64,000 nt of DNA from Nemertoderma westbladi (Eukaryota; Animalia; Xenacoelomorpha), in NCBI GenBank assembly GCA_032718475.1, contig JAUCBJ010006705.1:56516-120515 (forward strand), read 5' to 3'. The notes under the pieces were generated by a model that saw only the letters and a list, made by a program, of their open reading frames with translations, ran no database searches and had not been told where the DNA came from. Made by a program: the position numbers and the translations under genes. Shown here in pieces: positions 50,374 through 62,436 of this stretch. Positions within the stretch are counted from its first letter, which is position 1, and every line of letters starts with the position of its first letter.

Positions 50374-53233
50374 CTATCGGCAATAACTCCCCCCTCCCCT
50401 GGGTATATGTTATATCCCTGCATATTATAGTCATACTGGTGTGCAGGTACCGGTATAGGCCTATCCACTTCCTGCCTGCCTACCGGTATGTATGCCGCGA
50501 CTTCCGGATCTAATCCCATCGTCCACGCTACCCTATCGCCTACACTATCTCTTCCAGCATGGCCTATAGTATGTGCAGTAAGGCCTACAGTATGTCCTGC
50601 AGTCTGCCTGTGTCCTTCCGGACCGAAGTTTAATCTTCTCGAATATTCCAAGAAGTCCTCCCCACAACCACCGTATTCTCGATCGGCAGTTATATCCCGT
50701 CGGGAAGTTTCACTTCGATCCCCTCTCCTGTTCTCGTCCTCGTACCAGTATGTCCTGTACCTCTCTCCCGGCATATGATATATCTCGCCAGGCTGCGTCT
50801 CTCCGGGGCGACGGCAATCTCCCGGAGTTCGACCCCACTGACTCTCCAACTCCATCTCTACTACCGACGGCTCGCTATCCGTCCTCGCTCTCCGGTCGCT
50901 CGTAGCGACGCTTCTTCTATTCTCTTCTCTTCTTCTCTCTTCAGTGTAGCGTCCCCGCTCATGAGATCTCTCGTCGACCTCCCGGTTAAACTCCACTGTT
51001 CTTCTTCCGTCTTCTGACTGAGCTCGACGTCTCGTCGCTCGCCCGCTCACGACGCCAACCTCCCTCTCTCTAGCCGGTCGGACGCCGCTGGGGATATTCA
51101 TAACACCCCTACTATTCTCCGTCGCCGGGTGCTGCGGTTCACCTAACTCGCCCCCCGCATTATCCGCCGACGCCTGTGGGGCATTCTCTGCCCCCCCCCC
51201 CCTTTTCGCCACTAATCTCTCGTGGTGGGGTGCCCGTAGCCCCCCCCCCCCCCCCACTCGCGCCACCTATTACTTCACTACCTCCTACTTCGCTTCTACG
51301 CCCCTCTCTAGTCAACGCACTGCTGGCTACTGCGGCTGGGTCTACTCACCCCCGCCTCTCCCTGTACCACTGCGTGGCCTTGCAGGCTCCCATCGGGTTG
51401 ACTCACCCCCGCTGCTCCCTGCCTAACTACGTGGCCTTGCAGGCTCCCATCGGGGTGACTCACCCCCGTTACTCCCTGCGTACTAACTACGTGGCCTTGC
51501 AGGCTCTCACTGGCCAGACCACCTGTATCTCTTACATTCGTATTAATAGCACCGTTATCAATAATATTATTATCTAAATTATTTAAATTATTTTGTTCGG
51601 AATTGGGATTATTATTCAGATTACTTTGTACATTTAATTTAGAATCATTATTTGAATTATTTTGTGTATTTAAGTTAGGATTATTTTGTACATTTGAATT
51701 AGGATTATTTGGATTACTTTGTACATTTAGATTAGAATTATTATTATTTGAATTATTTTGTGCGTTTAAATTAGAATTATTATTATTTGAATTATTTTGT
51801 ACATTTAAATTAGAATTATTACTACCGGGTAAAAGATTATTTCCTGCAATGGAAGTTTAATTAGGGTTGTCCACTACGGTACTATTAATATTAACTCCTT
51901 CTAACGTATTATTATTACCCCCCCCCCCCCCCCCCCCCCCCCCGCCCGTACGGTTACACCACTCCTGGGTATGTCGTCCGGTGCCTGTAAGTGGGGTATT
52001 AACAAACGTTTCCATTACTTCGGGCTCCTCGTAAATACTACCCGAACCGGCCTCACTCTCTGATAATCCCAACTGCGCCAGTTCTAATCGGCGCTTTTGC
52101 TTAGCCTCGTATTGCATAAGCCCCCTTAACCAGGCATGCATATCATCCCGCATACGCTTTCCCCCTCTCTCTCTATCCTCTCGCAAACTTTGGTTTGCTA
52201 ATTCTATCTCTCTCGTCTCCCACTATCTACGCTCATTCTCTACTCTCGCCTTTCGCTCTTTATGCTCGTTTGTCTCTCTCTCTCTTCTTGCTCTCTACAG
52301 TTCCTCGCCACCCTCTCGGCCCTCTCTCTACATTCCCTCGCCAACTCTCTCTCTTTCTCTAATAACGCAGTTCCCTCGTCCAACTGCCTCTCTAGCTCCT
52401 TTTGGTCCAGCACCATGCCACCATGTCTAGTTGACACGCCAGATCTATCTCTAACACCCTTCTTGCTTTTGCGGAGAATGTAGCGGACTTATCGGTCGTG
52501 ACAGACTCCCGTCACTTCCCTGTCCTACTAACTTTACCCGCTTTCTGGGGTTCTCGTTAACCGACGAGACCGAATCCTTGGGGTTAACCGCGGGTTCGCC
52601 CTCATGCAGATCCGCCCAACCCACTAACTTAATTACCCTAGCATCCACTAAGTAAGGCCCTTCATACACTACTTCGGGCTCCATAACCCCAGATCGCCAC
52701 AGTTCAAACAGTTCGGTGGCGACCCCCCTCGCTCTCTCACTCGCCAGTTCTCCCTGTCCAAAATGGACTAAGTATCGGAAATGTTTGTTCGACTTACCTA
52801 GCCTTTGTTGTAACTTAGGCTGGTCTACCTTTCCTCCCTCTCTGGCCTCCTTCAGTAACTTCTTGGCTGCGTTGTAGGCCTGTCGTAGCCGATCACTCGT
52901 CCCGACGTCCTCTTCGCCGACTCCTCCTCCTCTCCTCGTTCGGTGTCGTACCACCGGCCCCACCATCGCCGTTCCGGTGGGCCATCCGTCGCCCTCGGCC
53001 TGTGGCTGGCCGGCGACTTCGGTACTCCGACCACCATCGTGCGTCGACTCATCTCTCCCTCGTGGTTGATGGCCGCCCTCCGCTTGGGCTGCCAGATCGT
53101 CCCACGTCGGTGAATCCGGCGTCACTGGCCGATACCGTCTCGTCGTGGCCTCACGGATCATTTGGTTGGTATCGTCTGGGGTCTGCGGCAGCATCCTCTC
53201 TCCCTCTGGTAATCGGGGCTCCCTGTCGCTCAT
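50181..53233 (-). pseudogene. Fragmented long N-terminal Gag extension (Arg/Glu/Gly-rich, coiled coil, Asn-rich repeats)
   Basis: Consecutive minus-strand ORFs 52451-53233, 52240-52437, 51857-52186 and 50181-51266 lie upstream of the gag core; some breaks are at homopolymer runs. Confidence 0.6.
51330..51830. repeat. ~60-bp x3 repeat (51330-51520) and ~39-bp AT-rich repeats (51600-51830) inside the gag extension
   Basis: CTCACCCCCG..GTGGCCTTGCAGGCTC occurs three times; TTTGTACATTTAAATTAGAATTATT-like units recur. Confidence 0.75.
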
Positions 53234-53290
53234 ATTTTCTTTATTTGTCTCTGGCAGTCACAGTTTAGTTAGCAGTTGGTAGTTTTAGAC

Positions 53291-54073
53291 TGTGATGGGA
53301 TCAAGATCCCGACCGGGTTGTTGAAGTACGCGTCACCGTTCTGCTGGGGATTGTGCTACTGGCTTTGGCCAAAGCCGACTAGGAAAACAGTATGAGTTGC
53401 TGTTGTCTTTGATATTAATTAAGGTATGCGATGATAGCACAGATTAATAGATGCAGAAGATACAGATAAAATATTTACCGGTATGGTGGTGCCGATGACG
53501 GTCTAAAACTATTGCCGGTCTGGCCCTAAATAGACTGAATAGCACAACTGATTGGTAAACCGGTATACACTGATAATATATGATCAACACATTGAATATT
53601 GCTTTCACCTCTTACTCTACTTTCTGACTCTAATTTGGCCTTCTACCCAATGGATGCCTTCCTGTTCCCTATCATGTGCTTCCCTCCCCTCTATTGGCTA
53701 ATATACTACTTGTCACCTTGGCACTCTCTGGGAGTGTTTCCCCTCCGCTACTAGCCTTTACTAGCTGTATTCCCTCCGAGGTGGTTTGACCTCTAACCTT
53801 CCTTTCTAGGTGGCTTCTGGGCTTGTTATTGCCCCCCCCCCCCAAAAAAAAAATGTTGGTTGTGATACGAGTTTGATATTGGTAATCTCGTATCCCCAAC
53901 ATATTGCTAAATTGCCGCTATCCCATTTTCTGGTGGGTAATGAAGTGGAATTGAATCCGCTTACACTTTCACAGTTTTCCCAAACGGCCTCGGCCAAAGC
54001 TAGTAGCACGATCCCCAGCAGAACGGTGACGCGTACATTTCTACCACCGGTCGGGATCTCCGATCCCGTCACA
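53291..54073 (-). mobile_element. LTR-like unit related to 43075-43913 but with ~100-bp imperfect terminal inverted repeats
   Basis: 53291-53391 approximates the reverse complement of 53970-54073; the interior is homologous to 43075-43681. Confidence 0.7.
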
Positions 54074-54727
54074 AAAACAGCTGGTATTTTTTATAAGTTG
54101 CGACACTTTTTTGGTCTACATATCCTAAAACAACTTTATTTTTCGCTTGTGCACCCGTATGTAAACTATGGACTTATTATTTGGGGGAATGCTGGCTCCT
54201 CTCTGATAAAAAAAAAGTAAGACAAAAAATTAACAAAATCTTAAGATGGCTTTTCTGACCGTCTTGTGCACTCCTTTCCGTTATATCAAAGTTTAAAATA
54301 TTACCTATTCATCATTTGCACTCACTTCAAGTAGCAGCCTTTATGCACAGTGTATTCTACAACTATGAGAAAACTGAATTATCAAATCAATTTTTATTGG
54401 TAGGTGATGTTCATCGTTAGGGTACAAGATCAAAATCACCAAATTTATTCTTTATTCCTCTTAGTCGTTGGGCAGCAATCTATCTCTTTTGTCGGACCAT
54501 CTCTTTGGAACAACATATCACCTAAACTGAGAGAAATCAAAAGTAGGAAAATGTTTATAAAAACTATGAAATTAAAACTAATGTCATCGGAGAGCAGCGA
54601 TCTATAAAAATAAAAAATAAAAATAAATAAAAAGTAAAAATAACAATTTTTTTTAACATTTAACAGAAGGATCGTAGGAGGTCTACGTTGACAAATCAAT
54701 GAATCAATAAATCAATCAATTAATCAA
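54074..54727 (+). mobile_element. Degenerate CR1/L2-group LINE 3' fragment
   Basis: KTAGIFYKLRHF..LKQLYFSLVHPYVNYGLIIWGN and QQSISFVGPSLWNNI motifs; (AATC)n-like tail ~54693-54727. Confidence 0.75.
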
Positions 54728-55475
54728 GCTATCAGCTGATAATTGAGTTCAGATAGATATAATAATTATGATCGATCTACTTATTACTTTACAGATTACA
54801 ATACTTTGAGTGTAAATGGAGATGGAATTACCGGCTTTGGAGTTGTTGATAAGTGGTACGAAGATGTTGACAATTACGATATGTTTACGGGGCAGTATAT
54901 AGATGATAGTAGTAGTAAGTATAGAGATGTTTGTTTGTAGTGGTATCTACGTGTATATGTGTCCATCTTAAACACACTATTGAACAAGGCGATAGGGTTG
55001 GTGCGCAAAAAAATTGTTGGGCTAGAAACAATCGAATAAGGGGTAACAAGGTGCTCTGAATCGAGTGGCGGGGGTGTGTTTTTTATAAAAACAGATGGAA
55101 ACGGTCGAAATGGCGAGTTTAAGTAAGACCGGGAAGCCAATTTTGAAAATCGGCTGTGTTTGGCTGCTACATATTTGACGTCATTACGCAGTGATCTGAT
55201 AATTTTTTATCTTGGTTTCTATGGAGAGAGATTTTCAATCGATTCAAATACACATTTAATCTCAATCATTTCACACGTGGCTGATATCAATTGAAAGCGG
55301 AGAGTTTTGCGCGTCTTTTGACACTATAATTAAGGGGGTGGGGTATACCACCCCTCAGGTAAAATTTTCAAATTGTTGTTTCTTTATTTCACCTAGAGCA
55401 GAATTTAATGAGGATTACAAATCTGAAAACCGCTTAGTGAGACCTTGAGTTATCAAGTTCTTGAGTTATCACTGT

Positions 55476-55843
55476 GTGCATTGTGTCAAGTACAATGCAC
55501 ACATCTCCAACCAGACACTATATAACATTGGAGGTGTCTCATGGTTCCCCCAAGCTTGACACTAGAACAAAATCGCCTCCGCTTTGCAGGACATTGCTTT
55601 CGCCGTGAGGACCAGCCAGTGCATAATCTTGTACTTTGGCAGCCTCATGGAGTGAATAAGCATGGTGGACAGCCCATGACTTTCTTGAGACGCATCCTAA
55701 AGGACACTGGCCTTGAAGATGCGGATGATCTAGCAAATGTCATGGGTGATAGGGAGTTGTGGCGGTGCAATTTTGTTGACAAGCCGGCACAGCATTCTTA
55801 AAAATGCAGCTGCAATGCAGCATGCCGATCCTAGTAGTAGTAG
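55476..55843 (+). mobile_element. 5'-truncated RTE LINE (same family as 12591-13251) with 14-bp TSD
   Basis: Near-identical to ~12890-13235; (TAG)n tail; TGAGTTATCACTGT at 55462-55475 and 55844-55857. Confidence 0.95.
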
Positions 55844-56614
55844 TGAGTTATCACTGTTTTTCCGTATAACGGTCTGTCCGTCAAATTGTAAGAAAGACAG
55901 AAGACCGACAGACAGACAGATAGACTAGATTCCACTAAAAATTAAAACTGACATCGGAAATGAAATCAGCGACCCCGAAAACCCCAGTAATGAACATTTT
56001 AGCTCGTTGGTGTGCATCGTTCGTGCCAGAAATAATTAACCAACCAGAACACAGTCAGCCAATTTTGACGGGACGGTTTAAACTTTGAAGGGCATTTTCT
56101 CGGAATATGACATATTTCATTTACAAATTACTACTCCTCCGTCATTTTCAACCAATTTTCTTCGTTTATGGCTCATTCGAACGAGCTTTGGAAGCTCTTT
56201 AAAAGTTATCTTATGGAATTTTGATAAATATTACAATTTTTTCTTATTAGCCAATTTAAATTAATAATATAATAATTAATTAATTAAAATAAAATTGGCT
56301 AATTAAAAATTCTATAAGATAACCATTGTAGAGTCGATCACGCTGAGTCCAAAAAAGTTGGTTTCAAGTAAGTTGGACCAAAATTGAGGGACTAGTAGCA
56401 ATTTTAGTGAAATATTTAATTCCGCCGCCAGCCGCTAGGGGTTGGCTACAAATTTTCAAATTTTACCATAAAGGCTATTTGGCCTTCCATACAGTGGTTG
56501 ACCATGACAAAATAGCAATATTATCATTTAACAGTAATTGACAGCCATTTTAAAAAAAGGTTCATGGGGGGGTATAACCCCACCCCCCCCCCCTCCCTTT
56601 TAATTAAATTCATG

Positions 56615-57165
56615 ATGTTGAATTCAGAACCATTACAAACCCGTATAACGCAAGAAATAAGGTGATACAATCAATTGATATTTTGGTGGTTTTCAAAATT
56701 TGGTGCTAGCACCATATTTTGCTCCCGAAAAATACAAGTTTGAGATGTCTAGTTCGATAATTATATATTCTATTGAATTCAGAACAGCCATAAACCTCTA
56801 AAACGCAAGAAATAAATTGTTTTATTTTATCAATTTTAGCAATTTTATCTATTCAATGGAATTTCAAAATTTCGTGCTAGCACCAAAATTTGCACACAGC
56901 ACCGAAAAATACAAGTTTGATACGCTTGATGCAACTCGTATATATTCCATCGAAACCAGAACCCCAAAACAAAAAAAACGCGTAAAAAAAAGCGTAAAAA
57001 ACAAGATTTAAACAATCAATTTACCAAATTGACATAATTCAAAATTTTGTGCTGGCACCAAAATTTGGCACCCGCCGAAAAAAAAGTTTGAAACTTCTAA
57101 ATCAATTTATATGAATTTCATCCAATTGCTAACACCAAAAAACCGATATAAATCAAAAATAGAGA
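56615..57165. repeat. ~155-180-bp degenerate tandem repeat x3 with palindromic GTGCTAGCAC core
   Basis: TTCAAAATTT.GTGCT(A/G)GCACCA..CCGAAAAA..AAGTTTGA at ~56692, ~56863 and ~57038. Confidence 0.8.
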
Positions 57166-57254
57166 TGTTACAACAATGATACACGCCCCCCCCCCCTCCC
57201 CCTCCTAATTTTTTTACAAATCGTAATGAGATTGCATGAAATTTGAAACAGAGA

Positions 57255-57622
57255 TAGTTTCACCTCCCGACCACTGACTGGGTGAGCCAGCGACAGTATA
57301 TTAATAATAAAACATAACAATAATGTGGCTAAACAGCAGACTGTGGATCCTTGGGTTATACAAGCACAGAAGTGATAAATATACAAACAGACTCTGATTA
57401 CAGTAAAACTAAAACACAGAACCGGTATATCAAAGTAGGCCTACAGATAAACACAAATATCCGCACAGGTAAAATATGTGAGCGGAGCACTGGCGCAATA
57501 CGTTTATTATCTTTTGAGTCATTAATTTCTAATAGGCCACATATAAACAATAATAAAGTAAGTCAGTTAAACTAACTTAAAGCAAACAAGTAAAAAGATA
57601 AGAAAGACTCCTGGTGCAATTA
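57255..57622 (-). repeat. Putative 3' LTR of the Gypsy-like element with TA...TA termini
   Basis: Follows the purine-rich tract GAAGAACTGGAAATGAAGGAAC; imperfect inverted ends TAATTGCACC...GGTGAAACTA. Confidence 0.5.
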
Positions 57623-57679
57623 GTTCCTTCATTTCCAGTTCTTCATGTTTGAATTATCATACCAAAACAAATTGTTTAT

Positions 57680-60600
57680 CTATCGAAGATGTAAGTCATT
57701 TACATAATATTGAGGTGGACGGTGAATTCGCTGCGGGTAGCGAGGTGTAACTCTAGTAACAAGTTCGTCACGAATCGCAGTAGGAAATTCAACATCACCT
57801 ACATCTGGAGTATAATCGGACACATCAGATGAATCATCTGATCCACATGGCGGATTATCAGGTTCAGAATCATCTAGTTGGTCATTATCAAGAGCATCCC
57901 AATCGTAGTAAGGGTAGTTGGTAGTTTGATCAACATGTGCGGAAAGTAGACTCTTTAAGGGAACCTCGTACTGGCGAGAGGCAAATCGAGAGCCGGTTAA
58001 CTTCTGAACAAACGCATGGTCACCTTCGATCCGAGAAACAATGTAGCGTTCCCGACAATGAGATTTATTCCCCTCAGATTTAATATACACAAGACTTCCT
58101 GGGTTGAGATCTGGAGTAGATGCGGACCCATGACCACGAGCCTTTGACTTAGCACTATGAATATGACTTTTGGATCGTGCAGTATCCTTCATGTTAGCCA
58201 TATCAGTATTCTCAAAATATAGTTGTTGACCAGTATACTGATCCCGTTGAAATAGGAGCTCCTTAGCAGAAAGTCCCCGAGAACGTATCCGAGAGTTAAG
58301 GGAATCGATTACAATAGCTAAAGATAGTGGTGTAACTGGGGAACCTGTTGGATCGTGACGGAGGAGCTCACGTTCCACTTCCTGTACACACTTTTCTCCA
58401 ACGGGGTTTTTATTAATGTTTTTTATCTGTCCTAACTGTAAAGTTATCCCATGGCGTAGTAGGATGGGGTCCTTCTGTAAGGCCTGGAATCCTGGGGCTC
58501 CATCAATCCGGACTAACGAACTGGGACTACAGAAAGGCAACATAGCAATGAGGAGGGCTGAACGAAGTGCATTAGCTGTTTCATCAGCAATAATCGAGGC
58601 TGAAGTAAATGAGGATGAACAATCACAAACAACAAATATCTTCTGTCGTTGACGTCGGATCACATCAGAAGCAAATGAAGAACATGGAATTTCTCCAAGT
58701 GGCGTGGATGATTGTTCAATCATTTCCCGAGGTAGTTGCTTTAGAGACAGGCACTGTGAACAGTCATTGGTGACGGAATCAATAGCATCTGATGAACCAA
58801 TAGCCCAAAAATAACGACTGAACAGTCTCAAAAGTTGTGTCTTCGGAGGGTGGTTAAAGTGAATATGTAGGGCAGTCAACAAACCATGAACTAAAGCGAG
58901 TGGTACAACAATGAGATCACGTAAATGAACAAAGGGGTCATTTTTGCGCACTACAATAAGACCATTTGAAATTGAGCAGATACGTAAGTAGTATCGGAGG
59001 TCTTTGGCATGTCTAGTTTTTCGCGATGGACGAGTTCCTTGACTGAGGTGTGCATAAGCTCTTCGAAGAGTGGTGCAATCATGCTGGGCAGAACGCCAGC
59101 TAGAGGAAGTTAGGAATGGCATTGGAATGGACCCAGATAGAACATCCTGCACGGTAATGGCACAGACAGTAGCTAAGGCCAACTGCTCAACAAATACACA
59201 AATCTGACAATTAGAATCAGGACATTCTTGAGGATGGCGTGAGGAATAGTCACTGGAAACATTATCACTCCCCTTGACATGCGCAAGAGTCACATTGTGT
59301 GCACTTAGCGTTGATAGAAATGTGGATACCCTGGCAGATGCAGAGAATTTACCCTTGCAAAGCTTTTGATACGCTTGCACACATGGACGGTTGTCGGTAA
59401 GAATTTGTGTAGGAAATTGCGATTCCCTTATATATGGAGCAAAATGTACTACAGCTGAGGAGATGGCCAAACCTTCCAATTCACATGGTAGCCAGTTGAG
59501 GTGGTGTTGGCGTAGCTTGAAGCTAAAGAACCCACCCAGCAAGCGTTTATCATTGCGAACAACAAACATAGTGGCACCTAGACCTTTGTTGACAGGGGAG
59601 GCATCCACAGTAATAACCAATCTGTCTTTTGGGGTAGGGACAGTGATAACATGTGGGGCACGTAATGCATCCTGAGAGTTACTGAAGTTAAGTTTGAGAT
59701 CAGATGTCCATTGAATATACTGACCACCATTTAATCCTTTGATGCTATCCTCCAATGGGGATAGAAGAGAAGCATATCCAGGAATACACCGAGATAGAGC
59801 CTTGTATGACCCTATAAATGATCTCATGGCAGAGCACGTCTTGGGTGGAATGGCAGCTATCAGAGGTGAAATTTTATGGGCACTGAGGGATAGCGAACCA
59901 GAATTCCACACCCAACCAAGGATAATTGTCTGTTTTGGACAAATGGTAGTTTTAGAAGCTGAAAGTCGTAGGTTGTTAAATTCCATCTTCTCTAAGACAA
60001 TGCGCCAATTGCTGAACAGATGAGCAATGGAAGTACCTCCAATATAAAGATCATCTGCAAGTTTGCAGACAAACCCAGACTGAATGATATCACCTAATAC
60101 GCGAGAAGTAAGCTCATCCAGCCACTCTGAAGAGCCGGGCATTCCCATAGCACTGCGTGCATAGACCCTAATACCTTTAAATGGCGTCACTGTACCAAGA
60201 AATGGCATTGATGATTTGGCAACTGGGATCTAGAAAAAACTCTTGGTTAGGTCTGACACAATAAGGAATGACCAAGAAGCAATTTGACGGAGTACGTCGT
60301 CACATTTGGTAGACTTAGATGGTAATATACGGCAGTACTGACCAATATCATTAAACGCTGTGACAAATCGCCACCCACCATCTGGCTTTTTAACAAGGAA
60401 ACTAGGAGAAACATAGATTACGTCAATCCCAACATTCTCTGGTTTCTTTAGCACCCCCAATTCTTCAAGCTTATCAGCTTCTTCTTGTAGCTGTACAAGA
60501 TTGGAGTGGTTGTAAAATGGGATGTTTCCTTTGCGAGGTGGTGGTAACATAGGGCCAATGTTGACAGTGGCACGAATAACACCACTACGGTCATTATAAG

Positions 60601-62436
60601 CTGAAATAGAAGGATTAAACACTCCATCATACTCCAGGTGGAGGTTGCGAAAGGCTTGAACCTGTGAGCTACTTAGTTGATTTGCGGGATCAACAGTAAC
60701 TAAGGATGAATACGGAATCTTGGAAGACATTATTACAGTAGAAGATGGAGATGTCGAAATATTGGAAAGAGTTGGATTGGATTTAATGTCATATGCTGAA
60801 GTTACCCGCCGAAGTTGGGCAAAATGTTGAGAGCGCTTAAGCTGGATAGGATCAGGCGATAAGTTAGGGATACGAATTGCGCCATTAATTACCCTAGATA
60901 TTGAGAAAGGAGGCCACATACCAGAATTAGGTGAATCATTGCGTGGCTCAATAAAAACATCACCTTCAAAATTCTCCATAGATGAAGCCGAAACCTCTAA
61001 GAAATCGCCAGTGAACAAAACAACAGGATTGGAACAGCGTAAAAGATATGGTTGGTTAGACAGAGGTGAAACGGAGTCTGGAGACTTAGCACCATATGGC
61101 ACTATAATACCTTGAATATTAAGTTCCTGCTTCTGTATACAAACCTCTATGTTGTTGCGATAACAAAACGGGACACCACCTAGGACGTCCGAGTCCATGT
61201 TTTCAGAAACCAAAGCTTCCAAGTGTAAATCAATACCACGGAAAGATAGAGTTTCCGACACTTCACCACAGATCGTAATTTTGCCATCAAGCTGTTTTGC
61301 GGACTGGTGGGTTTGCCTAATAATCATCCCAGCCGATTTTGCAAAAAATAAGGACACTAAATTTCCTGTGGCCCCAGTATCACATACAACCTTGCAATTA
61401 TGATGTCTAAAAAAACAAAAGAAGAATGGAGAAGTCATACATAACACCCGTTTGAATGATGGACCTGGATCTGAGTGTTTGTTATTTGAACTGGATTCAT
61501 CAACTTGTAAATGGCCTAAAGATTCACTGAGTTCAGCAACTTGAACACTAGAATCATCATCATCTTCTATATTGATATTAAATGCTCGGGCAATATCCTG
61601 TTTGTCCCCCTTAGATAGATACCAACAGCTAGATAGGTCATGACCTTGGGATGTGCGGCCAGCACTCTTACACAGAAAACAGGATTTGGAAGATTGGCTA
61701 CGATTTTCAAACTTATTATAGGTACCAGTTGTAGCTTTTTGTCGAAATTTTGAGCGGGGATTGGATGTCCTAGAAAAGTGCACTTGCAGTTCTTCTTGAG
61801 CGTTCATGTCAGCTAGAAGGGAATCAACTGCCTCGACAATCTGTGGTTGGATTTCCTTCAATGTCTTAGTTTGCAGGTCGTGTGCAAACACACGAGAAAC
61901 ATGAAGAGGAAGTCGGGGATCAATAAGCTGAAGCCATAAATAAACTGCTAGGCGCTCTGTAGTTGGTGACATTTCCTCATCATTGGTGGGTATTTGGCCA
62001 TCATGGAGGAGACCAGATTCAATAGTTAGTAGGTTGTCATCCAAATGGGCAGATATTCGTTGATATAATGTTTCATAACGTTCATTTTCTTCCCGTTTAA
62101 TGCATGCTAGCTTCAAAAAATTTACCTCAGACTGGCGGAAAGAATAGTGCTTTCTTATTCTTTGCCATATCCAGGTGAGTGATATACTTTTCTTGATAAT
62201 ATCATTCCGAAGTAAAGATGGTGAGAATTGAGCAATAAGCCCTACCATGCGGTTTAGTTGAAGGCATTTTTGAGCTGCAGTATGGAAATTGCGAGCATTG
62301 GGATCAGGGTCGGGAGATAAACCACGGTTAGTAACAGAAATTTTTTCCCAAGTGGCATTAGGCTCAATAAATGCCACAAACTCAGAGCATAATGACAGGT
62401 GGTATTGTAAATTAGTTTGCCAGTTGGCAAATGATG
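57680..62436 (-). pseudogene. pol: Ty3/Gypsy-like gag-pol polyprotein (gag, Zn knuckle, protease, RT, RNase H, integrase) with one in-frame TAG at 60230-60232; 5' end cut by a LINE
   Basis: ORFs 60230-62377 and 57680-60208 share a frame. Motifs: CFLC..GHDLSSC, DTGA, SPSFLVKKPDGGWRFV, DLTKSFF*IP, KLADDLY, VDAS, CELEGLAI, LTDNRP, H..H..CSQC, and SDV/IDGA/GEK integrase motifs. Confidence 0.93.

Larger units (their letters stand above)
43914..53290 (-). mobile_element. Decayed BEL/Pao LTR retrotransposon (gag-pro-RT-RNaseH-IN-DUF5641, PPT, partial 3' LTR; own 5' LTR missing)
   Basis: All BEL domains are in order across frameshifted ORFs. PPT-like GAGGGGGGTGGG (44950-44961) is followed by TGAGGGCG at 44947. 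Confidence 0.92.
55200..57254. mobile_element. Putative non-autonomous DNA element (non-coding, GACA microsatellite, internal degenerate repeats); boundaries uncertain
   Basis: (GACA)n at ~55895-55925, degenerate repeats 56615-57165, and no ORF. The architecture recalls invertebrate DINE/HINE-like elements (inference). Confidence 0.35.

Noticed and set aside
43075-54073. The two TGTGAC units as the BEL element's own LTR pair
   Set aside because: They are too diverged from each other, have no adjacent PBS/PPT or TSD, and the BEL has its own PPT and LTR start at 44947
57184-57204. C-rich tract as the Gypsy PPT
   Set aside because: A similar tract lies at ~56580 in the host element, and a better PPT/LTR candidate sits closer to the pol stop; not fully excluded
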